Positions 18,099 through 27,267 of a DNA stretch of 64,000 bases are shown in pieces; positions within the stretch are counted from its first letter, which is position 1; each line of letters starts with the position of its first letter. The translations under genes and the position numbers were made by a program. The stretch covers positions 834 through 64,833 of the forward strand of contig CAKTIH010000001.1 in assembly GCA_934565615.1 (NCBI GenBank). Reading direction: 5' to 3'. The DNA comes from an uncultured Oscillospiraceae bacterium. GTDB lineage: Bacteria > Bacillota > Clostridia > Oscillospirales > Oscillospiraceae. Below the pieces are notes generated by a model, which worked only from the letters and a program-made list of their open reading frames with translations, did no database searches and had not been told where the DNA came from.

Positions 18099-19223
18099 TT
18101 ACTCTTTATGGATCGTGTCGAGGATGATGCCGCAGATGCGCTCCGTGGCATCCTCGGCAGCAAGCGAGGTCATCGCCGCGCTCATCGCCTTGAGCTTATC
18201 ATCATCCGCGAGCAGCTCCTTCACATCCGCGAGCAGAGACTGCGCGTCGAACTCGCCTTCGAGCAGCACCTTTGCGCCGCCCGCTTCCTCAAGCACGCGC
18301 GCGTTCTTCTCCTGATGGTTGTTCGTGACGTTCGGTGACGGGACAATGATGACCGGCTTTCCCATGTAGCACAGTTCCGAGATCGTCGACGCACCCGCGC
18401 GGCACATCACAAGGTCCGCCGCCGTCATGACGCGCGGCATGTCGTAGATATATTCGCGCAGCTCGACTCCGTTCCCGGCCATATCGGGCGCGGTCTCGCC
18501 GAGCTTCGCGGCCATGTCGGCATAGTACCTGCTCCCGGCGGCATGCAGCAGGTGGAAGCCCTGCCTGCCGTCGAGCATGGGTATCATCTCTGTCATGATC
18601 TCATTCATGTGTCCCGCACCGAGGGAACCCCATACTGAGACCACGAGCTTTTCCCCAGCCGGGATGCCGAGCTCAGCCTTTGCCTGCTCCTTCGTCTCAC
18701 TGCCGAACTCACCGCGCACCGGTGTTCCGGTGACCTCGACTCTGTCCGGGTGCTTATAGTACCGGCGGCTGTCCTCAAAGCCGACAAGCACGCGGTCAAC
18801 GTGCTCGGCCAGCATCTTCGTCGTGAGCCCCGGCACGGCGTTGCTCTCATGCACGAAGGTCGGGATATGCAGCTCGTGCGCCGCCGTCAGCACCGGGTAG
18901 CAGACGTAGCCGCCCGTACCGATGACCGCGTCAGGAGAAAACTCGCGTATCAGCTTCTTCGCCTCATGCAGCGATACCGCGACATTCTTGAGCGTGTCTA
19001 GGTTATGTGCGATGCCGCTCAGGCTGTGCTCACGGCTGATGTTCGTGATCTTCAGTCCCTCTATGCGGTAGCCCTCGCGCGGCACGAGCTCCATCTCCAT
19101 CTTGCCCTCCGCGCCGATAAACAGCATCTCCGAATCGGGCAGCAGCTCGCGCAGCCGTCCCGCGACCGCGAGCGCGGGGTTAATGTGTCCGGCAGTGCCG
19201 CCGCAGGTAAAGACAAATTTCAT
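18099..19223 (-). CDS. murG: undecaprenyldiphospho-muramoylpentapeptide beta-N-acetylglucosaminyltransferase MurG
   Basis: MKFVFTCGGTAGHINPALAVA. Start re-set to ATG 19223, after an AAGGA RBS; the upstream ORF-track codon is TTG. Confidence 0.93.
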   Translation of the reverse strand: MKFVFTCGGTAGHINPALAVAGRLRELLPDSEMLFIGAEGKMEMELVPREGYRIEGLKITNISREHSLSGIAHNLDTLKNVAVSLHEAKKLIREFSPDAVIGTGGYVCYPVLTAAHELHIPTFVHESNAVPGLTTKMLAEHVDRVLVGFEDSRRYYKHPDRVEVTGTPVRGEFGSETKEQAKAELGIPAGEKLVVSVWGSLGAGHMNEIMTEMIPMLDGRQGFHLLHAAGSRYYADMAAKLGETAPDMAGNGVELREYIYDMPRVMTAADLVMCRAGASTISELCYMGKPVIIVPSPNVTNNHQEKNARVLEEAGGAKVLLEGEFDAQSLLADVKELLADDDKLKAMSAAMTSLAAEDATERICGIILDTIHKE

Positions 19224-19256
19224 ATCCGCAGTTCCTTTCAAGTAAACGCTTTGTTT

Positions 19257-20414
19257 CTATGTTTCCAATATATCCCTCGACGCGCTCAGAACTATCCCTA
19301 GCTCGCCGAGCTGTATGAGCAGCGCCGTCCCGCCGTAGCTGAAGAGCGGCAGCGATATTCCCGTGCACGGCACAAGGTTCGTCACGACCGCGACGTTCAG
19401 GAATACCTGTATCGCCAGCAGCGTCGTTATCCCGGCGCAGACAAGGAAGCTGAACCTGTCGCGGCAGTGCAGCGCTATCCAGTAGCCGCGCAGTATGAGC
19501 ATCGCAAAAAGAATGAGTATGACCGCCGCGCCGATGAAGCCCAGCTCCTCGCAGGTGACGGAAAAGATAAAGTCGTTGTGCTCCTCCGGCAAGTACAGGA
19601 ACTTCTGCCTGCTCCCGCCGAGGCCGAGACCGCTAAGGCCGCCCGAGCCTATCGTGTACAGCGACTGGACTATCTGGTACCCCTCGTCCGAGGAGCTCGA
19701 AAACGGGTCGCGCCATGTGCTGATGCGCGTCGAAGCGTAGGGAAAGAAGGTCAGCAGCACGGCAAGTCCCGCGCCTGCCGCAGCAAAGGCTCCCGCGAAC
19801 CACACGAAGCTCACCCCTCCGAGAAACAGCATGACCGCGCCGACGGCAAGGATTATGACCGACGCCGAGAAGTGCGGCTCCAAAACGAGCAGCCCCACTA
19901 TCACGGCGAGTATCCCCGCAAACGGCAGCAGCCCATATCGCACCGTGCGCATCCGGCCGCGAAAGCGGCAGATGAGCAATGAAAAGGACAGTATCACCGC
20001 AAGCTTTGCAAGCTCCGAGGGCTGGAGCGTGAGTCCGCCTATGCCGAGCCACCGGCGTGAGCCGTTGGCCTTGACGCCGATCACCGGCACGAGCATCAGC
20101 AGCATCAGCGTCAGCAGCAGAAAGTGCAGCGCATAGCGCCGGTAAAAGCCCATCGGCAGTTTCGACGCCAGCAGCATGCAGCCGATCCCGAGCAGCGCGA
20201 AGATAAGCTGCCGCACGAAATAATATGCGGCGTTCCCTCCGGTCACGTTGCCCGGATCGTAATAGGCTCTCGCGTAGCTCGACGAGAGCACCATTATCAC
20301 CCCGATAAGAAGCAGCAGCATAGAGAGCGTGAAGAACGCTCCGTCAAAGCTCTGCCGCCGTTTGGTATCTCCCGATACCGAAAAGTCGGCGAGGCGGGCA
20401 CCGTCATAACGCAT
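19257..20414 (-). CDS. ftsW: FtsW/RodA/SpoVE-family peptidoglycan glycosyltransferase (SEDS)
   Basis: 385 aa, 10 TM segments. SEDS motifs LQPSELAKL and LPEEHNDFIFS. Position in the dcw cluster. Confidence 0.9.
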   Translation of the reverse strand: MRYDGARLADFSVSGDTKRRQSFDGAFFTLSMLLLLIGVIMVLSSSYARAYYDPGNVTGGNAAYYFVRQLIFALLGIGCMLLASKLPMGFYRRYALHFLLLTLMLLMLVPVIGVKANGSRRWLGIGGLTLQPSELAKLAVILSFSLLICRFRGRMRTVRYGLLPFAGILAVIVGLLVLEPHFSASVIILAVGAVMLFLGGVSFVWFAGAFAAAGAGLAVLLTFFPYASTRISTWRDPFSSSSDEGYQIVQSLYTIGSGGLSGLGLGGSRQKFLYLPEEHNDFIFSVTCEELGFIGAAVILILFAMLILRGYWIALHCRDRFSFLVCAGITTLLAIQVFLNVAVVTNLVPCTGISLPLFSYGGTALLIQLGELGIVLSASRDILET

Positions 20415-20450
20415 CTTCCCACCTCCCCGACTTGTTCATTCAATCATTTT

Positions 20451-21458
20451 TCAGGCGAAACGCTGGTACACCCCTATAAATGATATGATAGCCATAGCCA
20501 GAGATATTCCGGTAAAAAGAACGAAAAGCTCTTTTTCGCTCCACTTTTTTCCCGTCCAGCCGCCCATCTCAAGATGATGGTGGAACGGTGCCATTTTGAA
20601 CACGCGCTTACCGTGGGTCAGCTTGAAATACGTGACCTGAATAATGTCGGAAAGCGTCTCGATGATGAATATAAAACCGAGCGTGATAAGGATCATCGGC
20701 ATGTCATAGGCAAAGGCCATCGCAGCGATGGCTCCGCCGAGGAAGAGCGAGCCGGTGTCGCCCATGAAGCATTTCGCGGGGTTGAAGTTATACACAAGAA
20801 AGCCCATGAGCCCGCCGACAAGACCGGAAGCGAATATGCCGAGCTCAAGATAATTCTGCCCCCACCGCATCGTGACCGCCACAAAGAACAGGCACACAGG
20901 GATCGATGTCCCGGACGCGAGTCCGTCAATGCCGTCGGTGATGTTCACGGCGTTCACCGTGCCGACGATGACGAAGGACGCAAACACGAAGTACAGCCAC
21001 TCCGGCATCGGTATTACCTTATTGGAAAACGGGATATAGAGGTTCGGCTTGACATAGCCTATCTCGCGCATCAGCAGCACGAACACGAGCGCCGCGACGA
21101 GCTGGAGCAGGAACTTCATTTTCGCCGTAAGGCCGAGGTTCTGCTTCTTCTTGAGCTTCTCCCAGTCGTCCAGAAAACCTATAAGTCCGAACACCCACGC
21201 GAACAGCAGCACAAATATGTGTACGAAGTTGCCTTGGAGCATCCCCTCAAAGCCGACTGTCAGGCACACGAACGTGACCGCCAGAATGAACATCACGCCG
21301 CCCATCGTGGGCGTGCCGCTCTTGCTCTTATGCCATTCGACCTGTCCTTTTATTTCCTGCCCGGCCTTCTGGGCGCGCAGCCACGGAATATAATACTTCC
21401 CGAACGCCGTCGCAAACAGGAACGCCAGCACGAAAGAAGTGATCAGCTTTATCGTCAT
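20451..21458 (-). CDS. mraY: phospho-N-acetylmuramoyl-pentapeptide-transferase MraY
   Basis: 335 aa. NAVNITDGIDGLA and HHHLE motifs. Confidence 0.95.
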   Translation of the reverse strand: MTIKLITSFVLAFLFATAFGKYYIPWLRAQKAGQEIKGQVEWHKSKSGTPTMGGVMFILAVTFVCLTVGFEGMLQGNFVHIFVLLFAWVFGLIGFLDDWEKLKKKQNLGLTAKMKFLLQLVAALVFVLLMREIGYVKPNLYIPFSNKVIPMPEWLYFVFASFVIVGTVNAVNITDGIDGLASGTSIPVCLFFVAVTMRWGQNYLELGIFASGLVGGLMGFLVYNFNPAKCFMGDTGSLFLGGAIAAMAFAYDMPMILITLGFIFIIETLSDIIQVTYFKLTHGKRVFKMAPFHHHLEMGGWTGKKWSEKELFVLFTGISLAMAIISFIGVYQRFA

Positions 21459-21506
21459 AATATTCTCCAGACTACTCGGGGCGCTCCGCGTCCCGTTTTT
21501 CTATCT

Positions 21507-22961
21507 TCAAGACTTTTTTCTCTCTTCAAGGAACTGCGCGACTATCTCGCGCTCATCCATATGGTGCTTTTCATGGCCGATGACCTGATAGTCCTCGTGA
21601 CCTTTCCCGGCAAGCAATATTACATCACCGGGGCGGGAGTTGTCAATAGCCCAGCCTATTGCCTCTATCCTGTCGCATATCACCGTATACGGAGTTTGCT
21701 TGTCTTTGAGCCCCGCGACTATCTCGTCGATGATAGCCATCGGCTCCTCTGTGCGCGGGTTATCGCTCGTGACGATGACAAAATCCGCATTGTCCGCCGC
21801 GATCGCGCCCATGATGGGCCGCTTGCCGCGGTCCCTGTCGCCGCCGCAGCCGAAGAGCGCGATAAGTCTCCCGCGCGTTATCGGGCGCAGCGTCTTGAGC
21901 ACCTTCTCAAGCGCGTCGGGCTTGTGGGAGTAGTCGATGATTATCGAGTAATCCCCGTCTGTCGGCACGCGCTCCATGCGTCCCTTGACGCCCTTTGCGC
22001 CGGAAAGCGCGTGGGCGCACTTTTCAAGGCTTATCCCGAGGCTCAGCCCCGCCGCGATGATGCCGAGGGCGTTGTATACCGAGAACATCCCCGGTATCGC
22101 AAGCTCCGTCTGCACACGCTCTGCGCCGTATACCGCCTCGAAATGCACTCCCTCGCCCGTCAGGCGCACGTTCTCCGCCTTGAGCTGAGCGTCCCTGCCC
22201 GCCGCCGAATAGGTCAGCATCGGGCACTTTACGCCCGCGAGCATGAACGGCGCGCGCGCGTCGTCGGCGTTCACGCAGCCCATGCGGCACTGGGAGAAAA
22301 TTTTCTTTTTCGCCGCGGCGTATTCATCCATCGTCCCGTGCAGGTCGAGGTGATCCTGCGAAAGATTCGTGAACACCGCCACATCAAAGGTGATCCCCGC
22401 CACGCGCTCAAGCGTCAGCGAATGGGACGACACCTCCATTACCACATGCGTGCAGCCTGCGTCCGCCATCTCGCGGAAGAGCTTGTGAAGCTCGTAGCTC
22501 TCCGGCGTCGTGTGCTCCGAATGCAGTAACTCGTCGCCTATCATGTTGCCGTTGGTCCCAATTAGGCCGACCTTTGCATCGAGCTCCGCTTCAAGCAGGT
22601 GCTTCATTATGTAGGTCGAGCTGGTTTTCCCGCTCGTGCCGGTAAAGCCTATCATCTTCATTTCGGACGCCGGGTTACCGAAGAACTCTCGGCTCGCCAT
22701 CGCAAGCCCGTAGCGGCAGTCGGCTATCTGCACATACGGCGTACCGTCCGCCGGGATATCCTCGCACAGCACCGCGGCCGCGCCCTTTTCCATCGCCTTG
22801 GGAATATAGCGGTGTCCGTCCGTCTCAAAGCCCTTTATCGCGACGAACAGATCGCCCGGGCGCGTAAGGCGCGAGTCATAGCTGATCCCGCTTATCTCCG
22901 TGTCCGGTGCCGCGTTCGTACTGAGCACTTCTATATCCTTTATCAGCTCTTTCAGCTTCAT
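21507..22961 (-). CDS. murE: UDP-N-acetylmuramoyl-L-alanyl-D-glutamate--2,6-diaminopimelate ligase MurE
   Basis: 484 aa. GFTGTSGKTS P-loop. A C-terminal DNPR motif (SDNPRTE) suggests meso-DAP specificity. Confidence 0.92.
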   Translation of the reverse strand: MKLKELIKDIEVLSTNAAPDTEISGISYDSRLTRPGDLFVAIKGFETDGHRYIPKAMEKGAAAVLCEDIPADGTPYVQIADCRYGLAMASREFFGNPASEMKMIGFTGTSGKTSSTYIMKHLLEAELDAKVGLIGTNGNMIGDELLHSEHTTPESYELHKLFREMADAGCTHVVMEVSSHSLTLERVAGITFDVAVFTNLSQDHLDLHGTMDEYAAAKKKIFSQCRMGCVNADDARAPFMLAGVKCPMLTYSAAGRDAQLKAENVRLTGEGVHFEAVYGAERVQTELAIPGMFSVYNALGIIAAGLSLGISLEKCAHALSGAKGVKGRMERVPTDGDYSIIIDYSHKPDALEKVLKTLRPITRGRLIALFGCGGDRDRGKRPIMGAIAADNADFVIVTSDNPRTEEPMAIIDEIVAGLKDKQTPYTVICDRIEAIGWAIDNSRPGDVILLAGKGHEDYQVIGHEKHHMDEREIVAQFLEERKKS

Positions 22962-23011
22962 TATCCGTCCTCCCGACTGCGTACCTTATATTTTTATCTT
23001 GAGCAGTGATT

Positions 23012-25333
23012 TTAATATTTTCCGAGTATCGAATCATCCTGATCGATGAGTGATACTTCTATTATACAACCGTGGTCAACCCCTGTTCCGGCGGCTATGC
23101 TCTGCCCGCTCACGGTCTGCGCTGCGCTGTCTGTCACGGTGCTCCTCGTCGAGATATACAGCCCGTAGTATGACAGCGTATCCCGCGCCTCGTCGTAGCT
23201 CATCCCGGTGAGGTCGGGCACCGTCTCCGTGTCAGGAGATATCTCCGCGTCGAGGTACAGGATTATTTCGCTCCCCTCAGCGATGGCCGAGCCCGCCGCC
23301 GGCAGCTGCCGCGTCACGGTGTCGCCGTAGCCTATCGTGCGGTATCTGAGATTTGCGTCCTCTATAAGCTCCGCCGCGCCGTGCAGGCTCTGCCCCACGG
23401 CCATCGGCATCACAGCCTCGCCGCGCTCTAAGTCCGTCTCGGCTTCAACGCCCATGTACGGCAGTATATCCGCCATCATGCTCCCGACGACCGGCGCCGC
23501 CATCTGGCCGCCGCTTATGTATATCCCGGATTTATTCGATGGCGTATCCAGAAACACCAGCAGCGCTATGCGCGGCTTATCCGCCGGCGCGAAGCCTATG
23601 AAGGAGACGATGTATTCCTTCTGCCCGGTCTGCGCCTCAAGGCTGACCTTCTCGCTCGTTCCGGTCTTGCCGCCGATGCGGTAGCCCTTGACGGCGGCGT
23701 TGCGCCCCGTCCCCTCTTTTGAGTCGCCGACCACCTGTTCGAGTATAGTGCGCACCTTCTCGCTCGTGCTCTCGCTTATGACCTGCCGCACTCTGTGCGG
23801 CTCGCGCTCGTATGCTACGCTCCCGTCGGGGTTCAGCATCCGCTGCACGACGTAGGGTTCCATCAAATACCCGCCGTTCACGCATGCGCTCACCGCGCAC
23901 ACGAGCTGAAGCGGGGTTATCGTAAAGGTCTGGCCGAAGGACGCCGCCGCAAGCTGCGACAGGTTTTTCTGCGAGCAGAAGGTATTCTTGCTCCACCAGA
24001 TGCTCCCGCTCTCGCCCGACAGGTCTATGCCCGTCTTGGCCGTGAGGTTCGCGTCCGGGTCGTCCGACAGGCGCAGGAAGCCGAAGGCCTCGCAGTAATC
24101 ATAAAACCGCTCCGCGCCGACGCGCAGCCCGATGTTCACAAACGCAGCGTTGCATGAGTGCTGCGCCGCCTGCGTCAGCGTCTGTGAGCCGTGCCCTGTG
24201 GTTTTCCAGCAGCGTATCGGGCTCGTGCGCCCGATGACGCTGACGTTGCCGCCGCAGTAAAAGGTATCGTCCAGGCTCACCGCGCCCTCTTCGAGCGCCA
24301 TCGCGAGCGTGATTATCTTGAAGGTCGAGCCGGGCTCATATGTGTCGGACAGCGCCTTGTTTCGCCACTGCTTTGCCTGCGCCGCGGCAAGCCGCTCCGC
24401 CGCCTCTTCCTTTGTCTCGGCCTCGTCTATGTATTCCCTGTCTTTCTCGCTGACCGCGAGGAAATCGTTAAGGTCGTAATTTCCGAGCGACGCCATTGCG
24501 AGTATCTTGCCCGTGTTCACATCCATAGCGATCGCCCCCGCGCCGTTCTGGATGTCGTAATCCTCCACCGCCTGACGCAGGTGCTTCTCCACGTAGTACT
24601 GTATCGTGGAGTCTATGGTCGTTACTATATCATAGCCGTCCTCACCGGGGCGGTATTCTTCAAACTGATTGAACAGCAGCTCCGTGCCGTAGGCGTTCGT
24701 CGCGCGCACGGTCCTCCCCGCCGTACCGGAGAGCGCTGAATCATACCTTGCCTCTATGCCCTCAAGCCCGTAGTTGTCCGTGCCGACAAAGCCTATCAGG
24801 TGGCAGGCAAGGGATGAGTTCGGGTAATAGCGCTTTGTGTCCGGTTCGAGCCGCACCCCGCGCAGGTCGTGCTCTGTCTTGAACGCGCGCACTGCGTCAG
24901 CCTTGTCGCTCTCTATCTTCCTCGCGACGGTCACATACCAGCTCCCCGTCCTCCCGGATTTCTCATATACCTCGTCGTAGTCCACTCCGAGTATCTCCGA
25001 AAGTCCCCGGGCGATAAGCGCACGGTCCTCGCCGTAGGCCTCTATTTCCGCTGGGCTGAGATAGACGTTATCCACCGTCGCGCTGACGGCCAGCGCGTTC
25101 ATGTTCGCGTCGTATATCGCGCCGCGCGACGCGGAGCCCGGAGTAGAGCGAAGCTGCTGCTCTATCGCAAGCTCCTCATAGAACTCATGTTCCTTTATCT
25201 GCAATTGATACAGCCGCGCCAGAAGCACCGCGAACACGCCTATGCCGAACACTGCCGCCAAAACGACGCAGCGCCGCAGCATCTGCCTGCCCGGCCCGCT
25301 CCTCACCGCGCTGCCGCTTTTTGATCTTTCCAT
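23012..25333 (-). CDS. class B penicillin-binding protein (PBP2B/SpoVD type) with two C-terminal PASTA domains
   Basis: Start re-set to ATG 25333 (MERSKSG..., GGGAG RBS). Transpeptidase motifs STFK (EPGSTFKI), SCN and KTGT. Two PASTA-like repeats at the C-terminus. Confidence 0.9.
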   Translation of the reverse strand: MERSKSGSAVRSGPGRQMLRRCVVLAAVFGIGVFAVLLARLYQLQIKEHEFYEELAIEQQLRSTPGSASRGAIYDANMNALAVSATVDNVYLSPAEIEAYGEDRALIARGLSEILGVDYDEVYEKSGRTGSWYVTVARKIESDKADAVRAFKTEHDLRGVRLEPDTKRYYPNSSLACHLIGFVGTDNYGLEGIEARYDSALSGTAGRTVRATNAYGTELLFNQFEEYRPGEDGYDIVTTIDSTIQYYVEKHLRQAVEDYDIQNGAGAIAMDVNTGKILAMASLGNYDLNDFLAVSEKDREYIDEAETKEEAAERLAAAQAKQWRNKALSDTYEPGSTFKIITLAMALEEGAVSLDDTFYCGGNVSVIGRTSPIRCWKTTGHGSQTLTQAAQHSCNAAFVNIGLRVGAERFYDYCEAFGFLRLSDDPDANLTAKTGIDLSGESGSIWWSKNTFCSQKNLSQLAAASFGQTFTITPLQLVCAVSACVNGGYLMEPYVVQRMLNPDGSVAYEREPHRVRQVISESTSEKVRTILEQVVGDSKEGTGRNAAVKGYRIGGKTGTSEKVSLEAQTGQKEYIVSFIGFAPADKPRIALLVFLDTPSNKSGIYISGGQMAAPVVGSMMADILPYMGVEAETDLERGEAVMPMAVGQSLHGAAELIEDANLRYRTIGYGDTVTRQLPAAGSAIAEGSEIILYLDAEISPDTETVPDLTGMSYDEARDTLSYYGLYISTRSTVTDSAAQTVSGQSIAAGTGVDHGCIIEVSLIDQDDSILGKY

Positions 25334-25358
25334 GATACACTCCCGCCTGATGTTTTCG

Positions 25359-25517
25359 GGCAGCGCCGTGTTGTGCGGCAAGAGCAGCTGGCGAGAAAAT
25401 TTGCGTTCTGATAACGGCACTTTTTTGCAGGAATACTTTGTGTATTGCAAGAAAAAGTGACTAAATCAGGGCACAAATTATCCGTCAGATGCCGACGCCG
25501 TATAATGCGGCGCTGCC
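25359..25517 (+). repeat. R1 repeat, copy A (159 nt; 21-bp terminal helix plus a central imperfect hairpin)
   Basis: About 85% identical over 159 nt, in the same orientation, to 51526-51684. 25359-25379 pairs with 25497-25517 (G-U pairs only on the + strand). Central hairpin CACTTTTTTGCAGGAATAC/GTATTGCAAGAAAAAGTG. Confidence 0.85.
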
Positions 25518-25548
25518 CCCTATACATCATATTCGGCGGCAGATATCC

Positions 25549-25830
25549 TTATCCCGGCCAGTCCAGATAAACGATCTGTCCCGGCTCCGGCGGCTGCATT
25601 CCCAGCACGCCCCGCGCGTAGCTGTCAAGCTCTTCAAGACTTATGCTGCTGTCGTACTTTGCTGTCAGCACACGGGCCTCGGTCTGTGCTTCTTCAAGCG
25701 CGTCCTCAAGCGCTGCGATGTTCTCCTCGGCCTGTGCAAGGCGCACCCGCCACAGCAGGCACAGCACGAGCGTACATACCGAGAATACCACGCACACGGC
25801 CTTGAAGAGCGCAGCGCTCCTTTTTCTCAT
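25549..25830 (-). CDS. ftsL: FtsL-like cell division protein (septum formation initiator type, single TM plus coiled coil)
   Basis: Start re-set to ATG 25830 (MRKRSAALFKAVCVVFSVCTLVLCLLW), 4 nt after the rsmH stop. Size, topology and position between rsmH and pbp. Confidence 0.7.
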   Translation of the reverse strand: MRKRSAALFKAVCVVFSVCTLVLCLLWRVRLAQAEENIAALEDALEEAQTEARVLTAKYDSSISLEELDSYARGVLGMQPPEPGQIVYLDWPG

Positions 25831-25834
25831 ATCG

Positions 25835-26788
25835 CTATACTCGCTCCGCCACGCGCAGCTTCGCGCTGCGTGAGCGCGGGTTGACTTCAAGCTCCTCCTC
25901 GCTCGGGAGTATCGGCTTTCTCGTGACGCTCTTGAGCGTCTTTACAAAGCCGCAGGTGCAGACCGGTGCTTCCCTCGGGCATGTGCAGCCGTTCTCCCTC
26001 GCCGCGATTCCGGACTTGACTATCCGATCCTCCAGCGAGTGGAAGCTAATGACGCACAGCCGCCCGCCGATATTGAGCTTGTCCGGTGCTGTCTCCATCA
26101 TTCTCGCGATCGCGCCGAGCTCGTCGTTCACCGCGATGCGTATCGCCTGGAACGTGCGCTTTGCCGGGTGCTGCTTCTCACGCAGCGCGGCGGCGGGCAT
26201 AGCGCCCTTGATGATGTCCACCAGCTCCAGCGTCGTCTCCACGGGTCTTTGCGCGCGCCTTTCCATTATCGCGCCGACGATGCGGCGGGCGTAGCGCTCC
26301 TCGCCGTAGTCCCACAGGATGCGCAGCAGGCGCTGCTCGTCCCAAGTGTTCACAACGTCGTAGGCCGTGAGGCTCTCGCCCTTGTCCATGCGCATGTCGA
26401 GCGGTGCATCGTTCATATACGAAAAGCCGCGCTCGGACTCATCCAGCTGCGGTGAGGACACGCCGAGGTCAAACAGCATCCCGTCCGCACCCTCTATGCC
26501 GAGCGAATCGAGTATCACCGCGGCGTCCGAAAAATTGCCGTGAACGAGCGTCACCTTATCCTTAAAGGGCGCAAGACGCCTTCCGGCGCGCTCTATGGCC
26601 GTCTCATCCCTGTCGATGCAGATGAGGCGTCCCGAGCCGAGCCGGGAGGCGATCTGATATGAGTGTCCGCCCATGCCGAGCGTACCGTCAAGGTACACTC
26701 CGTCGGGCTTTATGTTGAGGTTCTCAATGCATTCATTGAGCATTACGGAAAAATGCTTTGCTTCAATCGCTTCGGATCCCTGTGTCAA
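25835..26788 (-). CDS. rsmH: 16S rRNA (cytosine1402-N4)-methyltransferase RsmH
   Basis: 317 aa. DGTLGMGGHS SAM motif and HSLEDRIVK. Overlaps the mraZ stop. Confidence 0.95.
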   Translation of the reverse strand: MTQGSEAIEAKHFSVMLNECIENLNIKPDGVYLDGTLGMGGHSYQIASRLGSGRLICIDRDETAIERAGRRLAPFKDKVTLVHGNFSDAAVILDSLGIEGADGMLFDLGVSSPQLDESERGFSYMNDAPLDMRMDKGESLTAYDVVNTWDEQRLLRILWDYGEERYARRIVGAIMERRAQRPVETTLELVDIIKGAMPAAALREKQHPAKRTFQAIRIAVNDELGAIARMMETAPDKLNIGGRLCVISFHSLEDRIVKSGIAARENGCTCPREAPVCTCGFVKTLKSVTRKPILPSEEELEVNPRSRSAKLRVAERV

Positions 26789-27201
26789 AATTCAAGCTCC
26801 TCCATAACCGCGGCGATATTCTCCGGTGTCGTCTCCTGCTCGAAGATTGCCTGCCACGCGTCGCTGTCCCAAAGCTCGGCATGGTTGTTGCAGCCGACAA
26901 CGGTCACGCTCTTTGTAAGATTCGCGTAGTCGCGCAGGTTCTGCGGCACGAGCACGCGCCCCTGGCTGTCCAGTTCGCAGCGTGCGGCATGCGCAAACAG
27001 CGGGCGCATTTTCCGCTGCTTGACATACGGCATCGCGTTCACCCGCTCCGATAGCGCGTCCCAGCTCTCGCTGCTGTACGCGCACAGGCAGCGATCCATC
27101 GATATCGTTATATAAAACACCGCGCCCAGCTCCTCCCGGAGCTTTGCGGGCATGAACAGCCTTCCCTTGCTGTCAAGAGAATGCTGGTACTCCCCAGTCA
27201 T
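26785..27201 (-). CDS. mraZ: division/cell wall cluster transcriptional regulator MraZ
   Basis: Start re-set to ATG 27201 (MTGEYQHSLDSKGRLFMPAKLRE). Second SpoVT/AbrB half DSQGRVLVPQNLR. Confidence 0.93.
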   Translation of the reverse strand: MTGEYQHSLDSKGRLFMPAKLREELGAVFYITISMDRCLCAYSSESWDALSERVNAMPYVKQRKMRPLFAHAARCELDSQGRVLVPQNLRDYANLTKSVTVVGCNNHAELWDSDAWQAIFEQETTPENIAAVMEELEF

Positions 27202-27230
27202 CAAAATGCCCTCCCCCATCGTGGGACATC

Positions 27231-27260
27231 TCACCATTTTGCCCCACTTTCTGCCACTTT
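27231..27260 (-). promoter_or_regulatory. putative MraZ operator: three 10-bp-phased direct repeats
   Basis: On the minus strand: AAAGTGGCAG AAAGTGGGGC AAAATGGTGA. Lies between the -10 box and the mraZ start. Confidence 0.6.
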
Positions 27261-27267
27261 GATATAT

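Noticed and set aside
20574-22529. 651-aa plus-strand ORF, the longest in that region
   Set aside because: It lies antisense to mraY and murE, both of which have unmistakable catalytic motifs. The product is Arg/His/Leu-rich and of low complexity, as expected for the reverse frame of GC3-rich genes. The same reasoning applies to 43869-45443(-), 46487-47911(-), 48650-50092(-), 14434-15837(+), 9268-10413(-), 58112-59212(+), 6008-7117(-), 11231-12199(-), 36910-37992(+) and other antisense ORFs in the track.
25359-25517. R1 as a classic MITE (terminal inverted repeats GGCAGCGCCG...CGGCGCTGCC)
   Set aside because: This is not fully excluded. However, I see no target-site duplication at either copy, no transposase in the window, and the arm differences between copies are pairing-preserving rather than arm-conserving. 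That fits a structural (RNA or DNA hairpin) constraint better than transposase recognition.
25303-25530. 75-aa minus-strand ORF across R1 copy A; a similar peptide fragment (…DLVTFS) appears in the ORF at 51614-51916
   Set aside because: The similarity simply reflects the nucleotide repeat. The second copy is interrupted and fused to unrelated sequence, there is no RBS, and the differences between copies are not synonymous-biased. R1 is therefore treated as non-coding.
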